Source of the DNA: Terriglobia bacterium
Lineage (GTDB): Bacteria > Acidobacteriota > Terriglobia > 2-12-FULL-54-10
Assembly: GCA_963666975.2 (NCBI GenBank)
Contig: CAXVYR010000004.1
Coordinates: 1,376,001 to 1,440,000 of the forward strand
DNA: 64,000 bases
Reading direction: 5' to 3'
Below the pieces are notes generated by a model, which was not told the origin of the DNA, did no database searches, and was given only the letters and a program-made list of their open reading frames with translations. A program made the position numbers and the translations under genes. This document shows, piece after piece, positions 51,918 to 62,408 of this stretch; the first letter of the stretch is position 1; each line of letters starts with the position of its first letter.

Positions 51918-54611
51918 ATGGAACACGACTCTAAGCCGCGCGAAGAACCCACGCCGGGTAAACTGAAGAACGGCGAGCCGGAGGAAACCAGCGAGTGGCT
52001 GGAATCTCTGGAAGGATTGATGGACACCGCGGGGCCGAAAGGGACTGAGTTCCTGTTGAAACGGGTCCTGGAGCGAGCCCATCATCACGGCATGTCGCTT
52101 CAGTTTGCGGCGAGCACTCCGTACGTCAACACGATTTCGCAAAAACGACAGCCGAAATATCCAGGAGACGGCCGGATCGAGTGGCGCATCCGGAGCCTCA
52201 TCCGATGGAACGCCTTAGCCATGGTGGTGCGGATCAACCGGGAAGAGCCCGGCATCGGCGGCCACATCTCGACCTACGCGTCGCTGGCGACCCTGCTCGA
52301 AGTGGGATTCAACCATTTCTTCCATGCCAAAAAAGAAGGCCACTGCGGAGACATTGTCTATTTCCAGGGACACGCAGCTCCCGGAATCTACGCCCGCGCC
52401 TACCTGGAAGGCCGTCTGGAGCCCGGCCATTTGAAACGCTTCCGCCGGGAACTCGGCGACCGGCCGGGTCTCAGCTCCTATCCGCACCCCTGGCTGATGC
52501 CCGGCTTCTGGGAATTCCCCACCGTCTCGATGGGACTCGGTCCGATCTCTGCCATCTATCAAGCACGGTTCAACCGGTATCTGGAAAACAGAGGTCTGCA
52601 CTCCTGCGGGAACAGAAAAGTCTGCGCCTTCCTCGGCGACGGAGAAACCGACGAGCCGGAGACCCTCGGCGCTTTGACGCTCGCCTCCCGCGAAAAGCTG
52701 GACAACCTGGTTTTCATCATCAACTGCAATCTGCAACGGCTGGACGGCCCGGTGCGCGGCAACGGAAAAATTATCCAGGAACTGGAGGCGGCTTTTCGCG
52801 GCGCCGGCTGGCACGTCATCAAAGTGATCTGGGGGAACGACTGGGACCCGCTGCTGGAAACGGACACCAATGGATTGCTGGTTCAGCGGATGGAGGAGGC
52901 CGTGGACGGCGACTATCAGAACTACGCCGTGCGGTCCGGCGCATGGACGCGGGAACATTTCTTCGGCAAGTATCCCGAACTTCTTCAAATGGTGGAAGGG
53001 CTGAGCGATGACGATCTCAAGAAACTGCGCCGGGGCGGCCACGACCCAGAGAAGGTCTACGCCGCTTACAAAGACGCCTGGGAGCACAAGGGTTCTCCTA
53101 CGGTGATCCTGGCCAAGACTATCAAAGGCTACGGCCTGGGAGAGTCCGGCGAAGGCCGCAACGTCGCCCACCAGCAGAAGAAGCTGAACGAGCAGGAACT
53201 GAGAGATTTCCGCGACCGCTTTCAGATTCCGATTCCGGAGGAGAAGATCAACGATTACCCCTTCTATCGCCCTCCGGAGGAGAGCGAGGAGATTCAATAT
53301 CTGCTGGAGAGGAGAAAAAAGCTGGGAGGATTTCTGCCGGAGCGCAAGGTCCGCGCGGCACCGCTGGAAGCTCCCCCGCTCGAACAGTTCGCCGAGTTTT
53401 TCCAAGGCTCCGGGAACCGCGAGGTCTCGACCACCATGGCCTTTGTGCGGCTGCTTACTCTTCTGCTGAAAAACCCCCGCATCGGCAAGCTGATTGTCCC
53501 CATCGTTCCGGATGAAGCCCGGACCTTTGGAATGGAGTCGCTGTTCCGCCAGTTCGGCATCTACGCCAGCCAGGGGCAGCTTTACGAGCCGGTGGATTCG
53601 GATGTGTTTCTCTACTACAGGGAAGCCAAGGACGGGCAGATTCTGGAAGAAGGGATCACCGAGGCCGGCGCCATTGCATCGTTCATCGCGGCGGGCACCG
53701 CTTACGCCACGCATGGGATCAACACGATTCCCTTTTTCAGCTATTACTCGATGTTCGGCTTTCAACGGATCGGAGATTTGATCTGGGCCTTTGCCGACAT
53801 GCGAGGAAAGGGTTTTCTGATGGGCGGCACGGCCGGCAGGACGACGCTGGCCGGAGAAGGCTTGCAGCACCAGGACGGCCACAGCCACCTGCTGGCCAGC
53901 ACCATTCCCACGCTCGCCTGCTACGATCCTGCCTTCGCCTATGAGACCGTGGTGATCGTCCAGGACGGTATCCGCCGCATGTACCAGGAACAGGAAGACC
54001 TCTTCTATTACATCACGATGTACAACGAAAACTATGCCATGCCCGCCATGCCGGAGGGCGAGGCAGAAGGAATACTGAAGGGGATCTACCGTCTGCGCCG
54101 TGCAGAGAAGGGCAAAATGGCGGTGCAATTGTTCGGCAGCGGAGCCATCCTGCGGGAGGCGCTGCGGGCGCAGAAAATTCTTTCCGAGCAGTTTGACGTG
54201 GCCGCAGACGTCTGGAGCGTGACCAGCTACAACCAACTCCGCCGGGATGCGCTGAACGTGGACCGCTGGAACCGGCTGCATCCCCAAGAACCGCCTCGCC
54301 GCTGTTATCTGGAAACCGCCCTCGGCAAGGCGGAAGGCCCCATCGTCGCCGTCACCGACTACTTGAAGATGCTGCCGGACCAGATCGCGCCCTGGCTGCC
54401 CGGCCGGTTTCTCTCGCTTGGCACGGACGGTTTCGGCAGGAGCGACAACCGTTCCCGGCTGCGGCGCTTCTTTGAGGTCGATGCCGAGTCGATCGCCGTT
54501 GCCGCTCTCTATCAGCTATCGCAGCAAGGAAAGATTCCCGCCGAGAAAGTTTCCCAGGCCATCCAACAGCTGGAGATCGATCCGGAGAAAGCAAACCCGA
54601 TGACGTCCTGA
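51918..54611 (+). CDS. aceE: Pyruvate dehydrogenase E1, homodimeric type
   Basis: GGHISTYAS, FQGHAAPG, SYPHPWLMP, GDGETDEPE, NCNLQRLDGPVRG, GEGLQHQDG. Confidence 0.97.
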   Translation: MEHDSKPREEPTPGKLKNGEPEETSEWLESLEGLMDTAGPKGTEFLLKRVLERAHHHGMSLQFAASTPYVNTISQKRQPKYPGDGRIEWRIRSLIRWNALAMVVRINREEPGIGGHISTYASLATLLEVGFNHFFHAKKEGHCGDIVYFQGHAAPGIYARAYLEGRLEPGHLKRFRRELGDRPGLSSYPHPWLMPGFWEFPTVSMGLGPISAIYQARFNRYLENRGLHSCGNRKVCAFLGDGETDEPETLGALTLASREKLDNLVFIINCNLQRLDGPVRGNGKIIQELEAAFRGAGWHVIKVIWGNDWDPLLETDTNGLLVQRMEEAVDGDYQNYAVRSGAWTREHFFGKYPELLQMVEGLSDDDLKKLRRGGHDPEKVYAAYKDAWEHKGSPTVILAKTIKGYGLGESGEGRNVAHQQKKLNEQELRDFRDRFQIPIPEEKINDYPFYRPPEESEEIQYLLERRKKLGGFLPERKVRAAPLEAPPLEQFAEFFQGSGNREVSTTMAFVRLLTLLLKNPRIGKLIVPIVPDEARTFGMESLFRQFGIYASQGQLYEPVDSDVFLYYREAKDGQILEEGITEAGAIASFIAAGTAYATHGINTIPFFSYYSMFGFQRIGDLIWAFADMRGKGFLMGGTAGRTTLAGEGLQHQDGHSHLLASTIPTLACYDPAFAYETVVIVQDGIRRMYQEQEDLFYYITMYNENYAMPAMPEGEAEGILKGIYRLRRAEKGKMAVQLFGSGAILREALRAQKILSEQFDVAADVWSVTSYNQLRRDALNVDRWNRLHPQEPPRRCYLETALGKAEGPIVAVTDYLKMLPDQIAPWLPGRFLSLGTDGFGRSDNRSRLRRFFEVDAESIAVAALYQLSQQGKIPAEKVSQAIQQLEIDPEKANPMTS

Positions 54612-54656
54612 CTAGGGCTTCGGAATCCAGGCTTACTTTCGGGCACATCCGCCCAC

Positions 54657-55394
54657 TTACCGTAGCAGGCTTGCCGAACGCGGAAACTTCTGATCCGAGG
54701 AACTGGAAAGGCTCCGCAAGGCGGGTTTCTTCAGGAAACGAACCAGCGGCATCCCTTTTTCAAAACAATCCAGAATGGTGGGCAACAAGCGGGAACTGAG
54801 CGCGAGGCGCGGAGGGAATACTTTGGCAAATAGAAATTGTTTGTACTTCAGGTACTCTGCGGCAGGATGATTGCCGGAAAAACCCTTCGGCATCGATTGC
54901 AACGCTTCGCCTTCCAACTCGCCGAAAGCCGACCGAAAGCGCCCTTCCTGCAGGATAGAAAGAAACCGGCGCGGAGAGGCTGCGATCTCGTCCCGAACGG
55001 CGCGCAAGGTTTTCGGTTCGGGCATGTAGATGCCGCCGCCGATTAAAACCTCTTCCGTTGAAAAGTGGAAATACAGCCCCGGGCCAGCATGCTTGTGCAA
55101 CCCGCGCACGGGAAAAACGGCGGCCACTTGTGTCTTGTACGGAGTCTTGTCCCGGCTGAAGCGCGTGTCCCGATAGATGCGGTAAAGCGAACTCCGGGGG
55201 TCGGCCACCATCTCCGGCGCAAAGCGGCGAAGGGCTTCGCCGACCAGCAAAATCATCTCGACCATCGGCTCCTTGACAGCTTTCTCGTAGATGTCTTTGC
55301 GCGCCTGAAACCAGGGCCGGTTGTTGTGCCGCTTGAGATCGGCGAGAAACTGGAGCGCTGGCGGAGGGAACCCCTTAAATTTTTCCCGCTTCAT
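54657..55394 (-). CDS. DUF2461 family protein
   Basis: NNRPWFQ, RIYRDTRFSRDKTPYKT, PKGFS..HP. Confidence 0.9.
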   Translation of the reverse strand: MKREKFKGFPPPALQFLADLKRHNNRPWFQARKDIYEKAVKEPMVEMILLVGEALRRFAPEMVADPRSSLYRIYRDTRFSRDKTPYKTQVAAVFPVRGLHKHAGPGLYFHFSTEEVLIGGGIYMPEPKTLRAVRDEIAASPRRFLSILQEGRFRSAFGELEGEALQSMPKGFSGNHPAAEYLKYKQFLFAKVFPPRLALSSRLLPTILDCFEKGMPLVRFLKKPALRSLSSSSDQKFPRSASLLR

Positions 55395-55722
55395 TATTTC
55401 TGTTTCCCCGTTCTCCCATCATCTTATTATTATTAATTTATCAATTTCTCACTCTGCCTGCTCTTCAATCTGCGGAAGCAAACAGCAGGCAACGCATATA
55501 GGAAACGGCCTGTCTGCCCCATTTAATTCAAATGGTTTTTTGAACGAGGGGGAGACTCTATTAGAGAATAATTCTATAGGAACGCGGTAATAGAAATACC
55601 CTTACAAACACTGGAAAGAATGCCGCGAAAAAATCCCGCAGCAGGCTTTCCTGATCACCCATAGTCACCCATGATGGATGATGGATGATGAATGGTGAAT
55701 GGTGAATACTGAGCCCCAATGA

Positions 55723-55941
55723 TTAACCCTTGGAAGCTCGTCTAGCCGCCCAGCGCTTCTTGGCAGCTTCTGAAATACGCTGCCGCGCCTTGGCAGACAG
55801 GCGTCTCCGAGGGCGCTTTCCGCCTCCTTTTGCAACAGAACGTTGCGCCTGAAGCTTTCGGAGCGTCGAAATAATTTCCTGTATTTTTTTCCCTTCTTGC
55901 TCTAACTCCCGAATAGCACTTTCTACTCCAGATGGTTGCAT
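55723..55941 (-). CDS. Small basic protein, putative nucleoid-associated
   Basis: RBS AAGGAG; N-terminal coiled coil and RRRLSAKARQRISEAAKKRWA. Confidence 0.75.
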   Translation of the reverse strand: MQPSGVESAIRELEQEGKKIQEIISTLRKLQAQRSVAKGGGKRPRRRLSAKARQRISEAAKKRWAARRASKG

Positions 55942-56145
55942 GCTTTCTCCTTTGGGATAAGTTCTAACTATACGATATGTATCCGGCCTATTGCAGGTTC
56001 CAACTCTATTGTGCGAACCGGAGTAAGCTATCGCAAGGAGGGCATACTATAGACAAACGGATGATGTGTCAACAATTTCTCCGTTGAAGAATATCTTAGA
56101 AAGGGCTGGATAAGACTTGTTTACAGAGGAAAGCGAGACTCTCGC

Positions 56146-56679
56146 TTACCAGTTGACCTCTTCGGTTTCGAAGACGATATCCGGACCCGGAGTTGCTGCA
56201 TCACCCCGGGTTTCCGCAGTGATAAAAAGGATGAAGCTGCGCAGTGGAGTCAGTGTTGTAATATCCGCCGTATTGTTCTCGTCCACGCGAAGCTGGCCCG
56301 CGTTGACAACACGCTGCCGGTCGGGCGTAGCAACCCAAAGGACGTAGCGGGTGAATGTGTCCTTTAGGGTTGCCGGGTCCGGCACCTTCGACAGTTCCAC
56401 CTCAATAGTGTTATTCCGGTTGTAGGTCAGATCAATCCGCGCGCTGGCCTCTCCTGCTCTGGCCAGGGGAGAGGGAGTAAACCGAATCTTTTTTACGCAA
56501 GCTGTCCCCAACAAGCACAGGACCAGCAGAGCGGCGATCAACCATTTTGGCGTCGTATGTGTTGCGGTAAAAATCTTTCCGGCCTCCCGGTCTGGATGCA
56601 AGCCAGTATAGCGCAGAGATAAGTCCACTGCCAATCCGCGCGGAGGGAAAGAGGGAATCCGGATTCCGTTTGATTTCAT
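56146..56679 (-). CDS. Hypothetical lipoprotein (start uncertain)
   Basis: Lipobox LGTAC, YVLWV..P...NAGQL, FITAE. Confidence 0.7.
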   Translation of the reverse strand: MKSNGIRIPSFPPRGLAVDLSLRYTGLHPDREAGKIFTATHTTPKWLIAALLVLCLLGTACVKKIRFTPSPLARAGEASARIDLTYNRNNTIEVELSKVPDPATLKDTFTRYVLWVATPDRQRVVNAGQLRVDENNTADITTLTPLRSFILFITAETRGDAATPGPDIVFETEEVNW

Positions 56680-56952
56680 CGAGTTTTATTCGCTCCCGCC
56701 GCGGGTCCGCCGTCTCCGGCGGCATGGTCCAAAAGGTGGGCGTGACCAGCAATCTTTTCGCCCACAAACAGGGCAAAAAGACATACAATGATAGCGTCCC
56801 GCAGACGCTGGCACGTTTACCAAAGAGTCGCGGGCATCCCGGAGTGTCACCACAAAGCCATGCATACGGAGAGCGACAAGAACAATAGCTCCTGGTATGA
56901 ACTTCCTCAGCCTTTCCTTCCCAGCTTAGGCACACGCCTGCGAAAAGGGCAT

Positions 56953-58332
56953 ATGAACCTCCGCATGCTGCTCCTGGCGGGGTTCGGAGCCATGTTAGTG
57001 CTGATCCTGATCTCCGGGGTGGTCGCCGTGCGCATCGCGGAAGAGATTCGGAGCCAGGAAACCGAGCACTATGACGACTTCCAAGAAACCCAAGCCATCC
57101 TGAGCAGAATCGAAGTCAACCTGCTGAAGGCTCAAATCGGGACCAATGACTTCCTACAAAACCGCGCGCGCGATATGGACGATTTCTATGAGCGGCAGCT
57201 CTGGGGCATTCAGCAAGAGCTGGAGAACGCCCACTCCATGCAGGAGATTTTATCTCTCACCCCCCAGCAGAAAGAGACATGGAACCTGCTGCAGGCCGAG
57301 GTGGACGAGTTCTGGAAGATGCTGGCGCCGATCTTTGAATGGACTCCCCGCCAGAAAGCGGTCCGATCCGGGCGATTTCTGCGCGAACAGGTGTTTCCCC
57401 GCAGGTCAGCCATCCTGGAAATTGCGGACCAGTTCAGCACGCTGAACCGCCAGCTTCTGCAGGAGAACCGGAGGGCGGTAGTTGCGGACGCTTCCCGGCA
57501 GTTTCGCAGATGGATGATGATTATGGGCGCCCTTTCCTTTTTGATTGCTTTGGTGGTGGCGCTGTGGACCACGCGCTACGCGGGGCGGCTGGAAGGAAGC
57601 CTGCAAGCACAGTATGAGGAAAGCAATACCGCCAAAACCAACCTGCAACGTCTCTCGGCCAAGCTGGTTCATGCCCAGGAGGACGAACGCCGCGCCATCG
57701 CCCGCGAGTTGCATGACCAAATCGGGCAGGCCCTGACCGCCATCAAGGTAAACCTGGGCATGCTGGAGCAAAAAACGGGAACCGTTGCGCCGGAGATTCG
57801 CGATCGCATTCATGAATCGAAGGTGCTGGCCGAGCAGATGGTTCAGGAAGTCCGGGAACTCTCGCGTCTTTTGCGGCCGGCGATGCTGGATGACCTGGGA
57901 CTGGTGCCAGCTTTGGAGTGGTACGTCCGGAGTTTTTCCCGGCGCTTCGGAATACCGGTGAACTTGAATACCGACCGCATGCTGGGCCGTCTTCCGGAAG
58001 AATGGGAAACCTGCATTTACCGCAGCGTCCAGGAAACCCTGACCAACACGATTCGCCACTCGGAGGCCACCGAGGTATTCATCCAGATGGAGCAAACTCC
58101 GGAGTCTTTGACCCTTACGGTGGAGGATAATGGACAGGGATTTGAGTTGAGCTCGCCCGCGGGCGGACTGGGTCTCATCGGCATGAGAGAAAGAGCCCAT
58201 GGATTGGGAGGAACCTTGTCGGTGGAATCCAATCAGCAGAGCGGGACCCGAATTCGGATCGTGTTGCCGGCGCCTCCGCCCGTCGCCACCGCGGACCAAC
58301 CAACCGAAACCGCTTCTGAAATTTACTCATGA
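56953..58332 (+). CDS. Membrane sensor histidine kinase, HisKA_3 (NarX/UhpB type)
   Basis: Two TMs, QEDERRAIARELHD, LRPAMLDDLGL, EDNGQGF, GLGLIGMRER. Confidence 0.94.
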   Translation: MNLRMLLLAGFGAMLVLILISGVVAVRIAEEIRSQETEHYDDFQETQAILSRIEVNLLKAQIGTNDFLQNRARDMDDFYERQLWGIQQELENAHSMQEILSLTPQQKETWNLLQAEVDEFWKMLAPIFEWTPRQKAVRSGRFLREQVFPRRSAILEIADQFSTLNRQLLQENRRAVVADASRQFRRWMMIMGALSFLIALVVALWTTRYAGRLEGSLQAQYEESNTAKTNLQRLSAKLVHAQEDERRAIARELHDQIGQALTAIKVNLGMLEQKTGTVAPEIRDRIHESKVLAEQMVQEVRELSRLLRPAMLDDLGLVPALEWYVRSFSRRFGIPVNLNTDRMLGRLPEEWETCIYRSVQETLTNTIRHSEATEVFIQMEQTPESLTLTVEDNGQGFELSSPAGGLGLIGMRERAHGLGGTLSVESNQQSGTRIRIVLPAPPPVATADQPTETASEIYS

Positions 58333-58982
58333 CCCTCCCGATCCGCATTCTGTTGGCCGACGACCACCGCATCGTGCGTCAAGGGTTGCGCCGCATTCTG
58401 GAGGAAAACTCCCGGATGGAAGTGGCCGGCGAGGCCAGCGACGGCAGAGAAGCCGTCCAGATGGCTTTGGATAAAGTGCCCGACGTCATCATCATGGACG
58501 TTGCCATGCCTCACCTGGGGGGGATGGAGGCGATCCGCCAGATTTCCAAGCGGCTCCCGGCAGCCAAAGTCTTGGTGCTGAGCATGTACTCGGATGAAAG
58601 CTACGTGGTTCAGATGCTGGAAGCCGGAGCCAAAGGATATTTGCTGAAGGACTCCGCCGATACGGACTTGGTGGAGGCGGTGCTGGCGGTCAGCAACGGC
58701 AAATCTTTTTTTAGTCCGCTGATTTCCAAGATTCTGCTGGACGAATACGTCAGACAGCTCCAGGAGAAGGGAATCTCAGATCGCTATGAGCTGCTTACCG
58801 AGAGAGAGCGGGAAATTTTGCAGCTGATTGCCGAAGGCCAGACGAGCCGCGAAATCGCAGAGTTGCTGAACCTCAGCACCAGCACGGTGGATACGCACCG
58901 CGGCCACATCATGGAAAAACTGGACCTGCATAATCCTTACGAAGTTGTTCTCTACGCCGTCCGCAAGGGTTTGATCTCTTAA
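58329..58982 (+). CDS. NarL/LuxR-family response regulator
   Basis: LADDH, MDVAMP, GYLLK, LTEREREIL HTH. Confidence 0.95.
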   Translation: MTLPIRILLADDHRIVRQGLRRILEENSRMEVAGEASDGREAVQMALDKVPDVIIMDVAMPHLGGMEAIRQISKRLPAAKVLVLSMYSDESYVVQMLEAGAKGYLLKDSADTDLVEAVLAVSNGKSFFSPLISKILLDEYVRQLQEKGISDRYELLTEREREILQLIAEGQTSREIAELLNLSTSTVDTHRGHIMEKLDLHNPYEVVLYAVRKGLIS

Positions 58983-59136
58983 TCTCCCAAATTCTGCGAA
59001 TGCGAACCCTTCCGGTTTGATTGGAGAGCCTCCAAGGTGGAAATGGCACCCTTTAGCTTCCAAAATACTCTCCTTCCAGTATGGTGCCGCTCTTGGTTGG
59101 TTCGCTACGCTTAAGGGATAGGATCAGGAGTGGACT

Positions 59137-60654
59137 GTGCCCAACCAAGATAGAATACAGGGGTTTATTCGCTCTAGCCTCTCCAAGACTCTTTTTGTCG
59201 TCGTTTCCAACCGGGAACCATACGTTCATAGCTTTAACAAAGCAGGCGAAATCCAGTGCAGCAAGCCTACCAGCGGAATGGCGTCTGCCTTGGACCCGGT
59301 TCTGCAAGCCGGAAGAGGCATCTGGATCGCCCACGGAAGCGGGGAGGCTGACGCTGCCGCAGTGGACGGCAGAGGTTATGTGCCGGTTCCGCCGGATAAC
59401 CCGAAATATCTGCTGCAGCGCGTTTGGTTGAGCCCCCAACAGCAGGAAGGTTACTACCAGGGCTTTTCCAATCAGGCATTGTGGCCTTTATGTCACAACT
59501 CCTACGTTCGTCCCCACTTTGACTGGAACCATTGGAAAGTTTACCGGGAAGTCAACGAGCTGTTTGCAGAGCAAGTGCATCGCTCGGTGGGTGATGCCCG
59601 GGCGTTGGTATTCGTGCAGGATTATCACTTAGCCCTGTTGCCCTACTTGGTGAAACAAAAGTGTCCGCGGGCCGTGGTAGCCCACTTTTGGCATATTCCC
59701 TGGCCGAGCCCGGAAATTTTGCGGATCTGTCCCTGGCAACGCGAGATCATAAAAGGTCTGCTGGGCAGTGACCTGCTCGGCTTCCACCTGCCGCAGTATT
59801 GCCGCGATTTTCTGGCTGCGGCGCGGGCTCTGTTCCCGCAACCGCGCCAGGGACGGCGAAACACCGTAACCCACGAGGGCCGCGCCACCCGGGTCCGTCC
59901 TTTCCCGATTGGCATCGACTTTGATGAATTCGACCGCCTCGCCGGGTCCCCCGAGGTATCCCAAAGGATGGAAGACATCCGCCGGCGCTATCCTCTGCCT
60001 CGCTGGCTGGGAGTGGGAGTGGACCGGATGGATTACATCAAGGGCATTCCGGAGCGGATGGAGGCGGTAGGCCGGCTTTTTGAGATGTACCCGCAATATC
60101 TGGAGCAGTTTTCTTTTGTGCAAGTGGCCGTTCCCAGCCGTACGGAACTTGCTCCCTATCAACAACTGGCCAGAACGGTGCATCGCCTGGTAGACCAGAT
60201 CAACGAACGGTTCGGCACCGATGCATGGAAACCGATCCATCTGTTGGCAGAGAATCTTCCATCGCCGGACGTAACCGCATGGTACCGGCTGGCCGATTTT
60301 TGCCTGGTCAGCTCCCTGCACGACGGCATGAACCTGGTGGCGAAAGAATTCGTCGCCTCCAAGCGGGAAGCAGACGGTGTGCTGCTGCTAAGCCAGTTTG
60401 CGGGGACGGCGGAAACCCTGCACGATGCGCTGCTCGTCAATCCGTACGATATCGACGGAATGGCTCGTCAAATGGACCGGGCATTGCACCTGGACCCCGC
60501 CGAGGCGCGGCAACGCATGCGGAGAATGCGGACCACGCTGCGCCGCCGCAACATCTATCGATGGGCGGTGGATATACTCGCCGCCGCCGCAGAGTGCGGG
60601 CAGAGTTCCCTGGGAACGGAGGAAGAACCACTGGCCGCAGTGACAAACTTTTAG
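59137..60654 (+). CDS. otsA: Trehalose-6-phosphate synthase (GT20)
   Basis: VSNREP, LWPLCH, QDYHL, FWHIPWP, GVDRMDYIKG, DGMNLVAKE. Confidence 0.92.
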   Translation: MPNQDRIQGFIRSSLSKTLFVVVSNREPYVHSFNKAGEIQCSKPTSGMASALDPVLQAGRGIWIAHGSGEADAAAVDGRGYVPVPPDNPKYLLQRVWLSPQQQEGYYQGFSNQALWPLCHNSYVRPHFDWNHWKVYREVNELFAEQVHRSVGDARALVFVQDYHLALLPYLVKQKCPRAVVAHFWHIPWPSPEILRICPWQREIIKGLLGSDLLGFHLPQYCRDFLAAARALFPQPRQGRRNTVTHEGRATRVRPFPIGIDFDEFDRLAGSPEVSQRMEDIRRRYPLPRWLGVGVDRMDYIKGIPERMEAVGRLFEMYPQYLEQFSFVQVAVPSRTELAPYQQLARTVHRLVDQINERFGTDAWKPIHLLAENLPSPDVTAWYRLADFCLVSSLHDGMNLVAKEFVASKREADGVLLLSQFAGTAETLHDALLVNPYDIDGMARQMDRALHLDPAEARQRMRRMRTTLRRRNIYRWAVDILAAAAECGQSSLGTEEEPLAAVTNF

Positions 60655-60777
60655 TCTCGTCCCGGCCCTGTTCCCGAGCAACGAATTCTATCCATGGCAG
60701 CCTCATCCTGAGAAAGCCCTTGCCAGCCTATGGGCCCTATGCTAGTGTGGATTTGACCTCCCTGGTGAGGAAAAAGT

Positions 60778-61566
60778 TTGAGTTCCCTTCCACTTGCAGC
60801 CCTGCGAAATTGTGAGGATCGCGATGCGGATTTGCTCTCGCAGATCGACATCGACAGGATTCCTCGCCATGTTGCCGTCATCATGGACGGGAACGGTCGC
60901 TGGGCTCGCCGCCGCCGCCTGCCTCGCATAGCCGGGCACAGGGCCGGCGCCCAGGCCGTGCGCAAAACGGTGGAAATCTGTTCCCAGTTGGGCATGCGCG
61001 TTCTCACCCTGTATGCCTTTTCGGCGGAAAACTGGAAACGGCCGCAACGGGAAATCAACGTACTGATGGACCTGTTGCGGGAGTACCTCCGCAGGGAGAT
61101 GGGTGAAATCCACAAAAACAACATCCGCCTGCAAATCCTGGGGCGCTACGAGCAACTCCCGCAAAAAGTGCAAGAGGACCTGGAAGACGGTCTCCGGCTG
61201 ACGGCGAAAAACACCGGCATGGTGCTGAACGTGGCCCTCAACTACGGGGCGCGGGCCGAATTGGTGGATGCCTTCAACGCCATCCTGAAAGCAATGCTGG
61301 ACCGCGGGGTTCGGGAGCCGGAAGTAACCGAGGGGATGATCGCCGAGCACCTCTACACGCGCGGCCTGCCCGACCCGGACCTGCTGATTCGCACCAGCGG
61401 GGAGATGCGTGTGAGCAATTTTCTCCTGTGGCAGATCGCTTACGCTGAAATTTGGGTTACAGACACTTGCTGGCCGGATTTCACCCGCAGGCATCTGTTG
61501 CAAGCCGTGATCGATTTTCAAAAACGCGAGCGCCGCTACGGGGGGCTCGGCCGCAATGGCTCCTGA
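60778..61566 (+). CDS. uppS: Undecaprenyl diphosphate synthase
   Basis: HVAVIMDGNGRWA, YAFSAENWKRP, RTSGEMRVSNF. Confidence 0.97.
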   Translation: MSSLPLAALRNCEDRDADLLSQIDIDRIPRHVAVIMDGNGRWARRRRLPRIAGHRAGAQAVRKTVEICSQLGMRVLTLYAFSAENWKRPQREINVLMDLLREYLRREMGEIHKNNIRLQILGRYEQLPQKVQEDLEDGLRLTAKNTGMVLNVALNYGARAELVDAFNAILKAMLDRGVREPEVTEGMIAEHLYTRGLPDPDLLIRTSGEMRVSNFLLWQIAYAEIWVTDTCWPDFTRRHLLQAVIDFQKRERRYGGLGRNGS

Positions 61567-61587
61567 GTCCCGTACCTGAGTCCCGTA
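61562..61587 (+). repeat. 13-bp tandem duplication
   Basis: CCTGAGTCCCGTA x2 between uppS and cdsA. Confidence 0.9.
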
Positions 61588-61588
61588 A

Positions 61589-62386
61589 ATGAGGCGCTTT
61601 CTTACCGCTGCTCTCTTGATTCCCCTGGTGATCGCCCTGGTTCTGTGGGGCCCCCCAACCCTGCTTGGGTCGGTGGTGGTTGCGCTGACAGCCGTTGCCT
61701 TGTGGGAGTACTTCCGGCTGGCCGAAGCCGCTGGAATGAAGGTGCTGTCTGTTCCGGGATACGCCTTTGCCTTGGCTGTGGTGCTGTTGCTCCTGACAGA
61801 CTCTTCTCCTGTCTCAATCCTGGCAGCAGTCGTTTTCTTTCTCATGCTGTTGTGGGTGGCTGCGATGTCGCCCAGCCGTCCGCTGGCGGCCTGTCTGGGC
61901 TCGGTCTCCGCCACCTTTCTGGGTGTTGTTTATGTAGCCGTGCCGCTCGGCTTGCTGGCATGGATCTGCCTGCGCCGCGACGGTCCTTTCCTGATTCTAT
62001 TTATGTTGGTGGTGATTTGGGCGGGGGACGCGGCAGGTTTCTATGTCGGAAGCGCGTGGGGCCGCCACAAGTCCTCGCCGCGCATCAGCCCGGGCAAGTC
62101 CTGGGAAGGCACGGCGGGATCGCTGGCGGCAGCGTTGCTTATCGGATTTCTGTTCGTACGCTTCTTTTGGGGAGCCGATACGTATTGGGAGACTGTCCTG
62201 CTGGCGGCGGCGCTGAATGGCGCTGGGCAGTTGGGCGACTTGGCGGAGTCGGCATTGAAAAGGGCTGCGGGCATGAAGGATTCCTCGCAACTTGTACCCG
62301 GCCACGGTGGAGTGCTGGACCGCATCGACGCCTTACTTTTTGCCGTCCCGGTTCTATGGTATTATTGGTTGTGGAAAGCGTTTTGA
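61589..62386 (+). CDS. cdsA: Phosphatidate cytidylyltransferase
   Basis: SPGKSWEG, GDLAESALKR...KDS...PGHGGVLDRID. Confidence 0.97.
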   Translation: MRRFLTAALLIPLVIALVLWGPPTLLGSVVVALTAVALWEYFRLAEAAGMKVLSVPGYAFALAVVLLLLTDSSPVSILAAVVFFLMLLWVAAMSPSRPLAACLGSVSATFLGVVYVAVPLGLLAWICLRRDGPFLILFMLVVIWAGDAAGFYVGSAWGRHKSSPRISPGKSWEGTAGSLAAALLIGFLFVRFFWGADTYWETVLLAAALNGAGQLGDLAESALKRAAGMKDSSQLVPGHGGVLDRIDALLFAVPVLWYYWLWKAF

Positions 62387-62408
62387 GCTTCATCCCCGGT
62401 CTATCCAT

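Noticed and set aside
52215-54287. 690-aa antisense ORF over aceE, and similar ones over glmS, the MFS gene and the PQQ gene
   Set aside because: Shadow ORFs expected from high-GC codon bias; no motifs
55655-55710. Short repeats as a CRISPR array
   Set aside because: Heptamer microsatellite without spacers; no cas genes
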